From positions 1 to 64,000 of IMG/VR virus record IMGVR_UViG_3300045450_000109: 64,000 bases of DNA. One strand, given 5' to 3'. Shown here piece after piece: positions 51,972-61,830 of this stretch. Position 1 is the first letter of the stretch, and each line of letters starts with the position of its first letter. A program made the position numbers and the translations under genes. The DNA is from a virus. The notes under the pieces were generated by a model. It made no database searches. It had not been told where the DNA came from and saw only the letters and a program-made list of their open reading frames with translations.

Positions 51972-52319
51972 ATGAAATCTGCAACCAATCACGTCACGGT
52001 GATTGTAGGTACTCGTCGAACCGGTAAGTCCACCGAGTTAGTGGGTTTGCATAATGATGCCACCGAATCACCCAGTGCACACGTCTGCTTTATGTCTTCC
52101 GAAAAACCCGGACCAGAAGACTTAGCAACCCGTACGCTGTTGGTGTTCTATCCACCGGGCAGCTGTCCTGTGAAATCCTTCATGGACATCCACGAAGACC
52201 AACCAGTAAAATTCACGCATCTGTTTATTGACGATGTTGCTGACCAGCACATGGACAATGTATTCCATTTGGCCAAACGTTTTTCTGAGCTCAACATTAC
52301 CGTTGTTCAAAAGACGTAA
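51972..52319 (+). CDS. small P-loop NTPase-like protein
   Basis: GTRRTGKST Walker A and HLFIDDVAD Walker B-like; TAAGGA SD. Confidence 0.55.
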   Translation: MKSATNHVTVIVGTRRTGKSTELVGLHNDATESPSAHVCFMSSEKPGPEDLATRTLLVFYPPGSCPVKSFMDIHEDQPVKFTHLFIDDVADQHMDNVFHLAKRFSELNITVVQKT

Positions 52320-52323
52320 TAGT

Positions 52324-52346
52324 GGGAGGCGAAAGCCTCCCTTTAT
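52324..52346 (+). terminator. intrinsic terminator
   Basis: GGGAGGC-GAAA-GCCTCCC followed by TTTATGCCG. A second hairpin GAGGGC-CGAA-GCCCTC lies at 52364-79. Confidence 0.8.
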
Positions 52347-52468
52347 GCCGTCGACAAAAAAAAGAGGGCCGAAGCCCTCCTGGAAAAAGGAATATCCAAA
52401 TAAGGATGTACAAAGCAGTTCGTGATGTATCACAGGATTGCAATACATATTAATCGCTTGCAAAACGT

Positions 52469-52497
52469 GAAATAAAAAAAAATTGCTCACATATTAC
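52469..52497 (+). promoter_or_regulatory. phage promoter-like motif
   Basis: GAAATAAAAAAAAA-N7-CATATTAC with the 21-bp offset. Confidence 0.45.
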
Positions 52498-52555
52498 CGA
52501 GTTGATAGCAGTACCCACCGATTTAATTAACTGGCCTACCACAAGGAAATAAACA

Positions 52556-54004
52556 ATGATGCATTCATCCCCATTCTCTATGACTGACATGCTGAACACA
52601 CAAGGCATTGAAACCATCAAAAACCGCACCCAGAAACAAATGGCTGCGGACCGGGGCGGTTTTAGCATGTTCCACCGGGGCCCAGAACTGGAAGATGATC
52701 GCGATGCGCCTGTGGTTATCAAACCACTGAATTCCCAGTTCGTGGATTTTGCTGACGCCGCGCGGTCGTACATGAACTCCCGTGGTTACGGCCCGACCAC
52801 CAAAGCGATTGACGGTGATATGGTAAAAACGTTCTGCCAGGTCATGGGGATTGAGATGGTGGGATTCAATACTGACTCCCTGTTGCGCAACAACGAATTC
52901 TTCTCAGAGACCGAATGGTTGGCGCCCGTATTGGTTGAGCATCATTATCAGGCCATTGGTGAAGGCCTGTTTATCCGTTTGGATGAAGGCAATCGTCCGT
53001 TGGCGATGGTGCGAGTCAGTTCTGATTCGTCCAGAAACCTGACTATCCAATACAATGGTGAACCGGCGCAGGCTGAAGTCATCTATAACCTGTGCAAAGC
53101 CAACTTCATCACCGCCGAGAAAGAAGATACCCAAAAGGCCAGACCTAAAGCCGCGTACGTGAGCTTTGATGGCATTGATGACGATGGCGACCCGGATTAT
53201 AACCTGAAACACATCCAACGTGAAGGTGAACTTCTGCCGCAGTATTACCCGTATATCGACGGTGGGGTAATGCAGTTGTTACGTGACTTCATTGCTTCAG
53301 ACGAATCGGTACTGATTCTGATGGGTCCTCCGGGTACCGGCAAGTCCAGTGCGTTGATGTACGCGGTCAATGACCTGAACCTGCTGCCGATTTATTCCAC
53401 CAAAACCAAGTTGATTGCCCACCCGGATTTCGTGAGCAAGTTGTTCTGCATCAACGACAAATACATGGAGAACCGCAGTGACAGTGAAACCAGCAAACGC
53501 CAACGTCAGTTTGTTGAGCGTAATGCGCTGGATGCCATCAACCGCTTCCAGAAAAAGTTCACCGAAGCCCCAGTGGTTGCTGAGAAAGACGAAGACGAAG
53601 ACAGTCCGTCTGAGCGTATCGAAGACCGCATCCCAATGGCTGTGATTGAAGATGCGGATTTCCTGTTGCAACCCCGTACCAGTGGCAACATGGTCATGGG
53701 TCAATTGCTGAACGAAGTTGATGGCGTAGGTTCGCACTATGCCCGTAAGCTGGTATTCACCACTAACCTGTCATCCACCGACGATATTGATCCTGCGCTG
53801 CTGCGTGATGGTCGTTGTTTTGGTGTGTTTGATTTCCGTAAGCTTACTGTCGATGAAGCAGTAGCAGCGCGTGCAGCTGCCGGTCTGCCTGAATTCGATG
53901 TACTGCCTACCACCGATATTCCACTGGCCACTGCCCTGCGTAAACCACGCAAGCGTTACATCGTGGGTAAAGATGGCAAAGCGGGTTTCGGCTTTAACAA
54001 GTAA
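52556..54004 (+). CDS. AAA+ ATPase with ~240-aa N-terminal domain (paralog of 21022-22146)
   Basis: Walker A GPPGTGKSS, Walker B AVIEDADFLL, PALLRDGRCF. The C-terminus ..GFGFNK resembles ..SFGFN in the paralog. Confidence 0.8.
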   Translation: MMHSSPFSMTDMLNTQGIETIKNRTQKQMAADRGGFSMFHRGPELEDDRDAPVVIKPLNSQFVDFADAARSYMNSRGYGPTTKAIDGDMVKTFCQVMGIEMVGFNTDSLLRNNEFFSETEWLAPVLVEHHYQAIGEGLFIRLDEGNRPLAMVRVSSDSSRNLTIQYNGEPAQAEVIYNLCKANFITAEKEDTQKARPKAAYVSFDGIDDDGDPDYNLKHIQREGELLPQYYPYIDGGVMQLLRDFIASDESVLILMGPPGTGKSSALMYAVNDLNLLPIYSTKTKLIAHPDFVSKLFCINDKYMENRSDSETSKRQRQFVERNALDAINRFQKKFTEAPVVAEKDEDEDSPSERIEDRIPMAVIEDADFLLQPRTSGNMVMGQLLNEVDGVGSHYARKLVFTTNLSSTDDIDPALLRDGRCFGVFDFRKLTVDEAVAARAAAGLPEFDVLPTTDIPLATALRKPRKRYIVGKDGKAGFGFNK

Positions 54005-54011
54005 TTATCGC

Positions 54012-54040
54012 AGAGGGACTTCGGTCCCTCTTCTTTTTTT
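54012..54040 (+). terminator. intrinsic terminator
   Basis: AGAGGGAC-TTCG-GTCCCTCT followed by TCTTTTTTT. Confidence 0.85.
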
Positions 54041-54062
54041 GTAATTTGTCGGAGTAGTGAAA

Positions 54063-54320
54063 ATGAATAAGAGTTGGATTAAAGAATTGTTGATGTGGGT
54101 ATTCGGGGCCGGTATTCTGTTGCTGTTCGCCAAAGGTACAGCGTCCGTAACAAACCCCAGTATCTTCGGGGTGATGGCATTAGTGTTCCTGGCCCTGATT
54201 GTCATGCACGTCATCACCCGCATCATGGATGACGGTAGGGTGTACCGTTCTGACTTCACGTTCATTACACTTGATTGTCTCCTGATTTTCTGTCTGCTGC
54301 AGTATTTCGGCCACCTTTAA
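54063..54320 (+). CDS. membrane protein (3 TM)
   Basis: ATG after GTCGGAGTA leader; hydrophobic. Confidence 0.7.
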   Translation: MNKSWIKELLMWVFGAGILLLFAKGTASVTNPSIFGVMALVFLALIVMHVITRIMDDGRVYRSDFTFITLDCLLIFCLLQYFGHL

Positions 54321-54343
54321 ACTTAATTCATCGGAGTAACACA

Positions 54344-54994
54344 ATGCGCAACAATTCCGCTCGCATGAATCGTCCCGAAACCCCGAACAATGCCAAAGCC
54401 AAATTCCTGGGAGAAATTGCCTACCGCCTACAGCCCGGGTACGAAGAAAGTCGCCGACTTCACGAACTCAACGCGTGGTTACTTGAGCGCATCAGTTTTA
54501 TTGCCCACCCTGAAAATGATGTTGCGGTGGCCGACTGGGTGGCCAAACAGATGGCGAAGCAAGAACTCAACGAAATCTACGGCGACATGTATTTGGAAAC
54601 AAAGGTCTTTGAACAACTGCGCACCCAGGTCGTTACGTGTTTTGATGGACAACGCTTTGTGTTCCAACTCGAAACGCAAGGAGGTACGAAACCCCGTGAA
54701 CAGTCTGAGCCTAATCAGGACACGGCATGGCGACGTATCGAGAGCCGTGAAAGCTGGTTGTATCGCTATGCGAGCCTGTATTTGCACGCGCAAAATGCGG
54801 AGCAGAAATATAACCCTTCCAGTCACCATGTTGCTGAAGCACTGCATGACATTGTCAGCGAAGCCTACGCGAACCCCCTGAAAATGCCAGATGTCCACCC
54901 TGCCCGAAAACTTATGGCGCTCGCCGATACGCCCTGGATGCTGTCGACCGCAGTACTAGAGCATCGTGATGCCGCTGTGCTGGTATTGAGTTAA
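54344..54994 (+). CDS. hypothetical protein
   Basis: ATG after ATCGGAGTA leader. Confidence 0.75.
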   Translation: MRNNSARMNRPETPNNAKAKFLGEIAYRLQPGYEESRRLHELNAWLLERISFIAHPENDVAVADWVAKQMAKQELNEIYGDMYLETKVFEQLRTQVVTCFDGQRFVFQLETQGGTKPREQSEPNQDTAWRRIESRESWLYRYASLYLHAQNAEQKYNPSSHHVAEALHDIVSEAYANPLKMPDVHPARKLMALADTPWMLSTAVLEHRDAAVLVLS

Positions 54995-55048
54995 TCAGTT
55001 TTTACGGGGTACAGTAAGCCTATGTATCCCTTTCACTGAGTGTGCATT

Positions 55049-55492
55049 ATGATTCAACTTGACAACGCGACGTCCTTCACGGCTGCTTTTTCGGTGTTGC
55101 CGTTTATTGAAACCCTGGATGAGTTCTACCCTGATGTGAGTTACTGGTATGTGAACCAGGTTATTCCTGGGCTGTTTATGGGTGACGACCGCCTCATCAT
55201 TGCTCGTGATAACCAACGCATTGCCGGTGTAGCATTGGGCAAACGCGGTGACGAGTCTAAACTGCGCTGCATCCGCGTGCATCCCGATTACCAGAACAGC
55301 GGGTTAGGTGTGCGTCTGATAGATGCGATGCTGGACCAACTCGAAGACAGCAAGCCTGGTGTCACAGTTGCCGAAGAACTGTTCCACCGTTATTCCCGCA
55401 TGTTTATTACCCGTTACGGGTTTGCGTTAACCGCCGTCACCAAAGGCCGCTATCGCCCCCGTAAACTGGAATACGGCTACAACGGAGCCTGA
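55049..55492 (+). CDS. GNAT-family N-acetyltransferase
   Basis: IAGVALGKR....LRCIRVHPDYQNSGLGVRLIDAM fits GNAT motif A (Q/R-x-x-G-x-G/A). Confidence 0.65.
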   Translation: MIQLDNATSFTAAFSVLPFIETLDEFYPDVSYWYVNQVIPGLFMGDDRLIIARDNQRIAGVALGKRGDESKLRCIRVHPDYQNSGLGVRLIDAMLDQLEDSKPGVTVAEELFHRYSRMFITRYGFALTAVTKGRYRPRKLEYGYNGA

Positions 55493-55563
55493 TTACCGTT
55501 CTTTACTAACCCGTGGACAAACCAGTGCCACACCCCCTATAAACCAAAGTAGAGGATTTTCCC

Positions 55564-56391
55564 ATGAAATTGATGTTTAATTTATTCACCGTGATGCCTG
55601 TTGACAAACCGTTTGACCCTGAACACGTATCCAAAATCGGAATGACTATTACCGGTGCCCGAGGTTACAGTGTGCGGTTATTGACGCACGAATCGAATCA
55701 CGACCAACGGTCGTTTACGCTGTGTTTCGTGCGCCAGGCGGATGAACGCGTGTTGTATCAGGCGGTGTACACTCGTGCTAACTCCGGTGTGACTAAGGCA
55801 CCCGCTCTGGAGTTCCTGCGTCAAATCTTTTTGATTGAGTATTGGTACTGTCCTAAGAACCGTGAACTGGTGCCTGTTTACGATGCACCCGTCCATGGCA
55901 TGAAACGACAGAACTGGTCTGACGTAATGTTGGATTGCAATACCATGGGACACTGGTTGAACAGTAATTCGCCGCTGTTTGATGAGGGAGAACGAAAGAC
56001 CCTGGCATTTGTTGACAAAATTGGCAACTATGTTGAAGGTCCCCTCCTGCAATCCGTACGGTGGTCGACGGAAGAATTGCATCTCAATCTGGGACAGAAA
56101 ACCCCCAGTGCAGAAATCACTGTCCGCGATATTTCCGACCGTAAGTTGACAGACATTCACCATCGTCGCAATTTAACGGATACCTTCCCTGTAGGTGGTC
56201 CCTTCAAACGGACGGAAAAGGTTATCCAACAACAGTTCAAATTCAACGTTGTGGAAAACGACCATACCTACGCACTGGAATGTTTGCGCGAAATTGACAC
56301 GGATGAAAATCCGTTTTACATCGAACTGGATGCCAATGTCGTAAGTCTGAAATTGCTGGGGTGCAAAACCAACCCTCACGACCTGTTCTAA
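55564..56391 (+). CDS. hypothetical protein (tandem paralog of 56475-57347)
   Basis: FLRQIFLIEYW..QNWSDVMLDCNTMGHWL..YALECL in this ORF corresponds to FVRAAFILDFW..QDWTPLMQDCSSLGFWL..YTFECY in the next gene. Confidence 0.75.
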   Translation: MKLMFNLFTVMPVDKPFDPEHVSKIGMTITGARGYSVRLLTHESNHDQRSFTLCFVRQADERVLYQAVYTRANSGVTKAPALEFLRQIFLIEYWYCPKNRELVPVYDAPVHGMKRQNWSDVMLDCNTMGHWLNSNSPLFDEGERKTLAFVDKIGNYVEGPLLQSVRWSTEELHLNLGQKTPSAEITVRDISDRKLTDIHHRRNLTDTFPVGGPFKRTEKVIQQQFKFNVVENDHTYALECLREIDTDENPFYIELDANVVSLKLLGCKTNPHDLF

Positions 56392-56399
56392 ATAACACA

Positions 56400-56425
56400 G
56401 GGGATACACACGTATCCCCTTTTAT
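56400..56425 (+). terminator. intrinsic terminator
   Basis: GGGGATAC-ACAC-GTATCCCC followed by TTTTAT. Confidence 0.8.
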
Positions 56426-56474
56426 CCGCAGGCGACTAATCCTGCAACTCCATCTGACTATAGAGAGTATAAAC

Positions 56475-57347
56475 ATGAAAACAACCATGCCTAACCTGTT
56501 TTTAGGCGGACCTAAAAGTGGACCGCATCGTGACCTACGTGACTTAGCACCCCTGCGGGCCACTGCACATTTTCAGACCAAAGGTCCATTGGGACACGAA
56601 GTCATTATCACCCCCATTGATTGTGTTCCAAAAGGGCTACTGTTCTTATTGGTCCATGAAGACCAGGTATTGATGCATACCGTGTCGACCGATGTTGAAC
56701 CACCGTCGCCTGTTGATTTTGTACGGGCAGCTTTTATCCTGGATTTCTGGTCCAACACATCGGCGCGTTTGTTCCGTCCCTCTGAGAAACGACTTCGTCC
56801 AGAGCAGGACTGGACACCCTTAATGCAGGATTGTTCGTCTCTGGGTTTTTGGCTCAAGGGTGCGGTGGCGTTGCATCAGAATGACCAGGACTTCAATGAG
56901 CGTCTTTATCGGCCATCGAAACAGGAACTGGACGTAAAAGGGATGCCAAACGACACACTGGGCACCGTAAAGGATGTCTCCTTGCGGTTTCTTCACGGGT
57001 CGCTGCAAGACCAATCTCCGATAACAGTAGGAGACCTGGGTAAAGATTTGTCTCATCTGTTAACGCGTACCGAACGGGCTAAGAGCAGTGACTGGCTAAA
57101 CGCCAACCACTACATCAAACAGTCATTTACCTATCAATATTGTTTGAATGATGACGTATACACGTTTGAGTGTTATAACCAATTGCCTCTGACAGCTCAC
57201 CCTTTTCAGGTGGTGTTTGGTGAACACACCTGTTTTAAGCTGTCTGTCGTTCACGAGGGCAAAGGTCCTGATTTCGTACGGACGTTACTCCGTACCGGGG
57301 AACCTCAATTTACGCGTCCGGTCCATTTGTTTAAACCCAAAAAGTAA
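56475..57347 (+). CDS. hypothetical protein (tandem paralog of 55564-56391)
   Basis: ATG downstream of the terminator; the track start at 56361 crosses that terminator. Confidence 0.75.
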   Translation: MKTTMPNLFLGGPKSGPHRDLRDLAPLRATAHFQTKGPLGHEVIITPIDCVPKGLLFLLVHEDQVLMHTVSTDVEPPSPVDFVRAAFILDFWSNTSARLFRPSEKRLRPEQDWTPLMQDCSSLGFWLKGAVALHQNDQDFNERLYRPSKQELDVKGMPNDTLGTVKDVSLRFLHGSLQDQSPITVGDLGKDLSHLLTRTERAKSSDWLNANHYIKQSFTYQYCLNDDVYTFECYNQLPLTAHPFQVVFGEHTCFKLSVVHEGKGPDFVRTLLRTGEPQFTRPVHLFKPKK

Positions 57348-57360
57348 TTCTTTGGGTATC

Positions 57361-57388
57361 AGGGGCTTTCGAGCCCCTTATTTTTTTG
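57361..57388 (+). terminator. intrinsic terminator
   Basis: AGGGGC-TTTCGA-GCCCCT followed by TATTTTTTT. Confidence 0.8.
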
Positions 57389-57446
57389 TCGTCAATAATG
57401 TGCTGTTCATTATTTCATCGCCCTCTGTGTCCGGTTCGAGGTAACC

Positions 57447-57548
57447 ATGCGTAATATTAAAAAAGATTTGCGGTTACTGCTGTTGTGGAATCTTGGTGTC
57501 GTCGTGTTTTTCTGTGGCCTTATCGCCAACACGGCATACCACCTTTAG
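57447..57548 (+). CDS. possible 33-aa membrane peptide
   Basis: GAGG SD. Sequence MRNIKKDLRLLLLWNLGVVVFFCGLIANTAYHL. It is bracketed by two terminators. Confidence 0.4.
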   Translation: MRNIKKDLRLLLLWNLGVVVFFCGLIANTAYHL

Positions 57549-57572
57549 TCTCCAGCAAATAACATCATAAAA

Positions 57573-57600
57573 GGGGACGGTTTCGTCCCTTTATTTTTTT
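57573..57600 (+). terminator. intrinsic terminator
   Basis: GGGGACG-GTTT-CGTCCCT followed by TTATTTTTTT. Confidence 0.8.
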
Positions 57601-57611
57601 CGTGATATGAC

Positions 57612-57632
57612 TTTTTTCAAAACGTATATTAC
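57612..57632 (+). promoter_or_regulatory. phage promoter-like motif (short variant)
   Basis: TTTTTTCAAAACG-TATATTAC. Confidence 0.4.
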
Positions 57633-57702
57633 CTAGATGGTTACATAAGACTTTATGTAAAAAGCAACCTACGGCAGCAACCATGTGTGGAGGATAACAA
57701 GC

Positions 57703-58227
57703 ATGTTTACATTTATTCATATCAGGCGTTCGCAAGTCTACAGCCGGGTTGTGGTGTTGGGATTTGAGGTGTGGTCGCGCGGTGACCCAGCGGCCGTTGC
57801 CGATTTTAAAAACATGGGTGAAGCAAGTTGGTTTATCATTGATACCGCCCAGGTCAATATGCGCACCCGAAAACGCACGGTGGTCTGGGTGTACAAAACC
57901 CTTTTGTGTGGTCGCCCTACAACACGGGACACCGCCACCGGACCCAAAGAAGAACTCACCACCGGAGACGGTCATTGGGTTGTGCAGCCAGCCGAACGCA
58001 TCACGACCTGGCCACGCTTTGCCAAACCGGTAGTTGACCCTCGTCCGCTTTATTTTATCCATAAACACCCGTTTGATACCAGCAATTCACTGATAGCCAG
58101 TCGTAGTGTCGAAGGGGTTGTGGGTAAGACACCCATCGATGCCACGGCAACGTTCATTAGTTTGTTAAGATTGACAGAAGAAATGGGGCGTGAACTTCGT
58201 GCCCTTTCAGTTACTGAATCGGAGTAA
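57703..58227 (+). CDS. hypothetical protein
   Basis: ATG after GGAGGA SD. Confidence 0.7.
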   Translation: MFTFIHIRRSQVYSRVVVLGFEVWSRGDPAAVADFKNMGEASWFIIDTAQVNMRTRKRTVVWVYKTLLCGRPTTRDTATGPKEELTTGDGHWVVQPAERITTWPRFAKPVVDPRPLYFIHKHPFDTSNSLIASRSVEGVVGKTPIDATATFISLLRLTEEMGRELRALSVTESE

Positions 58228-58256
58228 TCGCTCCTGTAAGACATGAAGGTCATGTA

Positions 58257-58511
58257 ATGAAAAATAAAAAGCTTGTATGGGTTTTGTGTATCGCGTTCTT
58301 GGTTTACATGGGGTCGATGTTTGCGGCATTGAGTAGCGCAAAAGCGGAACCACCCAATAAACGGTACACCAAAGTCAGTATTGATAACACGCCATTGTTC
58401 GTCTATACCGACACCACCACCCAATGCAGGTTTATCTACAATTCCATCAGTCGTGAGATTCGCCCTGCTAAAGGGTCCGAGTCTTGCACTGTCCCGGCTG
58501 ACTTTAACTGA
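58257..58511 (+). CDS. secreted small protein (signal peptide)
   Basis: MKNKKLVWVLCIAFLVYMGSMFAALSSAKA|EP. Confidence 0.65.
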   Translation: MKNKKLVWVLCIAFLVYMGSMFAALSSAKAEPPNKRYTKVSIDNTPLFVYTDTTTQCRFIYNSISREIRPAKGSESCTVPADFN

Positions 58512-58564
58512 GTTAGTCATCATCCACATTGGGCACATTGCGTTGACCCAACGGAGCCAAAACC

Positions 58565-59224
58565 ATGTTAAACATTATCGACAGCACTAATCTCAGTTTT
58601 ACCCCGATGAACTATTACCTGACCTTTGCCGGGTCGGACAGCGAGTCGGAACTGGAATTTGCAGTACGTGTCAACCACTCCCAGGCCGGGCGTCTGGCAG
58701 ACGCGTTGTTGTTGGCGCAGGCTACTCATCGTCACATCGATTTCGCCTGGTTCTTACCGGTTGAAATCAGTCGCAAAGAAGATGCCGGGGATGGGGTCAA
58801 TAGCCTGTCAGAAACCTTAAGCAGTAAGTTGTGTTGGCTGTCCATGGCCAATGAAGAAGTCACGTTGTTTGTGGCCGGTTATAACCACGCGGTACGTATC
58901 CCATACATGTTGTTCCATAGCAAAGTCAGCGAGCTTTATGAACAGATGAAGGGACGTCCGGTCAAATGGCTGCACACCATGGTCAATGACCAACCCAAAC
59001 TGGGTAAAATTTTAGTTGAGCAACTTGATAACCGAGCCGTCGTTATTAAAGACGACCTGCTGTTGGTGGGGTCCTATACCAATAACGGTTGCCGCTTACG
59101 CAACAATGACATCATGACGTTTCAGCGTGATGTAGATGGACTGTGGCTGTATGTGGAACCCACATCAGCTGCTCGTTATGCAGAGTTCGTTACCAACACC
59201 CAAAAACTGGCCGTGACGTACTAA
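58565..59224 (+). CDS. hypothetical protein
   Basis: GGAG SD. Confidence 0.75.
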   Translation: MLNIIDSTNLSFTPMNYYLTFAGSDSESELEFAVRVNHSQAGRLADALLLAQATHRHIDFAWFLPVEISRKEDAGDGVNSLSETLSSKLCWLSMANEEVTLFVAGYNHAVRIPYMLFHSKVSELYEQMKGRPVKWLHTMVNDQPKLGKILVEQLDNRAVVIKDDLLLVGSYTNNGCRLRNNDIMTFQRDVDGLWLYVEPTSAARYAEFVTNTQKLAVTY

Positions 59225-59231
59225 TCCAACA

Positions 59232-59253
59232 GGGGGCTGATGCCCCCTTTTAT
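59232..59253 (+). terminator. intrinsic terminator
   Basis: GGGGGC-TGAT-GCCCCC followed by TTTTAT. Confidence 0.8.
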
Positions 59254-59268
59254 TACCGGAGTATAAAC

Positions 59269-59655
59269 ATGCAAGTGTTTAACGTACAAGCCCTAAACCT
59301 CACGGATAAAACCCGTGTTTTCTTTGAACGCGAACTCCCGACCAAAGATGCTATCGTCGCGGTGATGTCGTTCTCAGAAGCGTCAGTGTATACCAATCGC
59401 AGCCGTCGTCTGGATGGTGCGCTGGTGATTACCGGCCCTGTTGTCCGCGTTCATGTATTTACTAATGCGGGACTGACTCGCAAATACCGTGGGACTATGA
59501 CTGAGGGGACACCACTCCCCCACTTAGGCCCCGACCTCTCGAATTACGTGTTTGAACATCATCAGTCGGTGATGGCCGAATTCAGTGACATGTGTCAGAA
59601 CGTGTATCGCGCTGTGTCTGATTTGTCTAAAGCCCAACTGGAGCAAAACCTGTGA
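59269..59655 (+). CDS. hypothetical protein
   Basis: ATG after TACCGGAGTA leader; the track start at 59143 crosses the terminator. Confidence 0.75.
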   Translation: MQVFNVQALNLTDKTRVFFERELPTKDAIVAVMSFSEASVYTNRSRRLDGALVITGPVVRVHVFTNAGLTRKYRGTMTEGTPLPHLGPDLSNYVFEHHQSVMAEFSDMCQNVYRAVSDLSKAQLEQNL

Positions 59656-61010
59656 TTATTCCTGCAATGACAGAAAGCCAACTGCGCAAGCTGTTTCCAA
59701 CACTTGGTGAACTCGCTGACAACGGGTCGGATGGTGCACTCGATATCCTGCAAAACTTTGAACGCGATGAAACCGAATTTGACCTCGGCCAAATCAAATT
59801 GATTGAAGTGGTTGTTGGAACCTACGGCTTGCAACTGTTCCCCACGCGTTTCGGCGACATGGACATCATCAAAACCCGTATGGATTTTCCAACTGGTGAC
59901 GGGTTGCGGATGACTTACATCTTGTCTGAGAATGACTATGCGGGATGTGGAGTAACCATTACTGACAAAGGCCCGCAGTACATGCACCTCAACGACCGCA
60001 CCATTTCGGTGAACATGGAGGGTAGGTACAGCATGTCGTTACAGGTGGTCCTGGAACAAATGCACGACTTCTGGGACGGCGCTGAACCGAAACCGTATCC
60101 TGCACCGCCTTCCCACATGACCGGTTTCATCCCACCGCTGGTCGATTGTCGCACAAGTCTGGATGCGGATGACCATCCGCGTGAGTTTGCTGTCATGATG
60201 TTGGTTGAAGCACTGGTCAAGCAACATTCACCCCACGCCGCAAGGGTGTTGTTCCACACTGAACAACCGGGCTATAACATCGAGACCCCTAAGTTTGCCC
60301 TACGGACCTACGACCGTCATTCAGGCAACCCACTACACACCTGGAACTTTGTCTGGCGTGACTTTGCGGTACAGTGGTACGGTCGTTCTCACCGCACCCC
60401 TACGTTCAACCGCGAACTGAGCAACCGCGATGTTACTGAGTTGTTGTCGGATGTGGTCAATGAACTGCACACGTACAGGTGGTTACCCGAACCCCCGCCA
60501 GAAAAACTGGCTACTCCAGCAAGTATGGAACGTGCGTTTGGGAAGTTGGAACGCAATGGGAACAGTGGGAGTTATAGCAACCGTCCAGGTTTTCAGTACT
60601 ACAAAATCTCTGACCGCGTATTAGAAACCGAGCCGGATGTCCAGGCTGATAGCTACGTTCATTTACGAGCGACTATGGTTAATGCCTACCGTGATGTCAC
60701 CGGAGAGGAGCTCTCGCTTGCCACTCCACCGGAAATCGTCAGTCGACTGGATGTCGCACACGAAGCAGGATTGTTGGCATTGGACAAGCACATTAACATA
60801 TTGACGCTCACGAACACTCAACACTACACGGACAACATCAAAGCGGCGATGCGTAAAGGGGTCACACGCAAAAGCGATATCGCCACATTTGTCACGGGTA
60901 TCCCAGATGTGGCATTGTACTCTGACGCTGACCGCCTGGATGTGATTGAAGCCATGGAACAGTCCTACTCAAAAGCTTACCTGGCGACATTCAACGCCCA
61001 CGACCAGTAG
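59652..61010 (+). CDS. hypothetical protein (452 aa)
   Basis: GTG start overlapping the upstream TGA; GGAG SD. Confidence 0.75.
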   Translation: MIIPAMTESQLRKLFPTLGELADNGSDGALDILQNFERDETEFDLGQIKLIEVVVGTYGLQLFPTRFGDMDIIKTRMDFPTGDGLRMTYILSENDYAGCGVTITDKGPQYMHLNDRTISVNMEGRYSMSLQVVLEQMHDFWDGAEPKPYPAPPSHMTGFIPPLVDCRTSLDADDHPREFAVMMLVEALVKQHSPHAARVLFHTEQPGYNIETPKFALRTYDRHSGNPLHTWNFVWRDFAVQWYGRSHRTPTFNRELSNRDVTELLSDVVNELHTYRWLPEPPPEKLATPASMERAFGKLERNGNSGSYSNRPGFQYYKISDRVLETEPDVQADSYVHLRATMVNAYRDVTGEELSLATPPEIVSRLDVAHEAGLLALDKHINILTLTNTQHYTDNIKAAMRKGVTRKSDIATFVTGIPDVALYSDADRLDVIEAMEQSYSKAYLATFNAHDQ

Positions 61011-61019
61011 TCTCACACC

Positions 61020-61050
61020 GCCGGGGTGAACCCCGGCTTTAATTTTTTAT
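61020..61050 (+). terminator. intrinsic terminator
   Basis: GCCGGGG-TGAA-CCCCGGC followed by TTTAATTTTTT. Confidence 0.85.
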
Positions 61051-61092
61051 TGGCGTCAGTAATTATGCGATACCACTACCGAGGAACGTCTT

Positions 61093-61458
61093 ATGATGCT
61101 TGTCTCTGTAAAGGAGATGGATGACCGATTGCAGGAACTTGGTGCGGTAATGGACACCAATACCCATCTCTCTGCTGAAAAAATCGGCTGGCGGTTACAC
61201 CGTCGACTGAACACGGATTATTCCATGGACCCCGAATTGTTTCGGATGTCTATCGAAGAAATGGGTTGGCGATTTCGTTATGTTGGCGAACCCACCGACC
61301 CTGTGTTTGCATTAGTCTATACCCCGGCTGGAATGTTCACACTCACCAAGGACGTCAAGGGCGAAGCATCCCCACTGGTACAACTGTGGCTTAAACAGCA
61401 CAAAGAGAAAACGATGATACGGAGTTTGGCTGACCGTATCCGTACCTGGTTTAATTGA
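61093..61458 (+). CDS. hypothetical protein
   Basis: ATG after TACCGAGGAA leader. Confidence 0.7.
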   Translation: MMLVSVKEMDDRLQELGAVMDTNTHLSAEKIGWRLHRRLNTDYSMDPELFRMSIEEMGWRFRYVGEPTDPVFALVYTPAGMFTLTKDVKGEASPLVQLWLKQHKEKTMIRSLADRIRTWFN

Positions 61459-61467
61459 GAACCCATC

Positions 61468-61830
61468 ATGAGCAAGAAAACCGACGCAGCGAAACAACCG
61501 GATATTGAGCAGACCATGGCCGTACTTACGGCCAGTCTTAAGACCCTGCGTAAAACCCAGGATAAGGGACAGTTGTCCCAAAACGACCAACTGTTGTTGG
61601 CGGTGTGCGAGTCCACGGTGACGCTGACCACCTCTGTGGCTAACAACGTAGAGCGTTTTGCAGAAATCATTAAGACCCAACAGCAGACCATCGCTAACCA
61701 ACAACAAACCCTGGTGAACACTAACCAAACGCTAACTCAACTGGTGGGTATGATTCAGGCTATGACGGGTGTGGATATCCAGGTCAAAGCAGGTGATGTC
61801 CACACCGACCCCGAACAGGAACCCATCTGA
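61468..61830 (+). CDS. hypothetical coiled-coil protein (Gln/Thr-rich)
   Basis: 120-aa ORF. Confidence 0.65.
   Translation: MSKKTDAAKQPDIEQTMAVLTASLKTLRKTQDKGQLSQNDQLLLAVCESTVTLTTSVANNVERFAEIIKTQQQTIANQQQTLVNTNQTLTQLVGMIQAMTGVDIQVKAGDVHTDPEQEPI

Noticed and set aside
57565-58538. Minus-strand ORFs 57565-58068 (167 aa) and 58050-58538 (162 aa)
   Set aside because: They are antisense to SD-preceded + strand genes, and the first would start inside a + strand terminator/promoter region.
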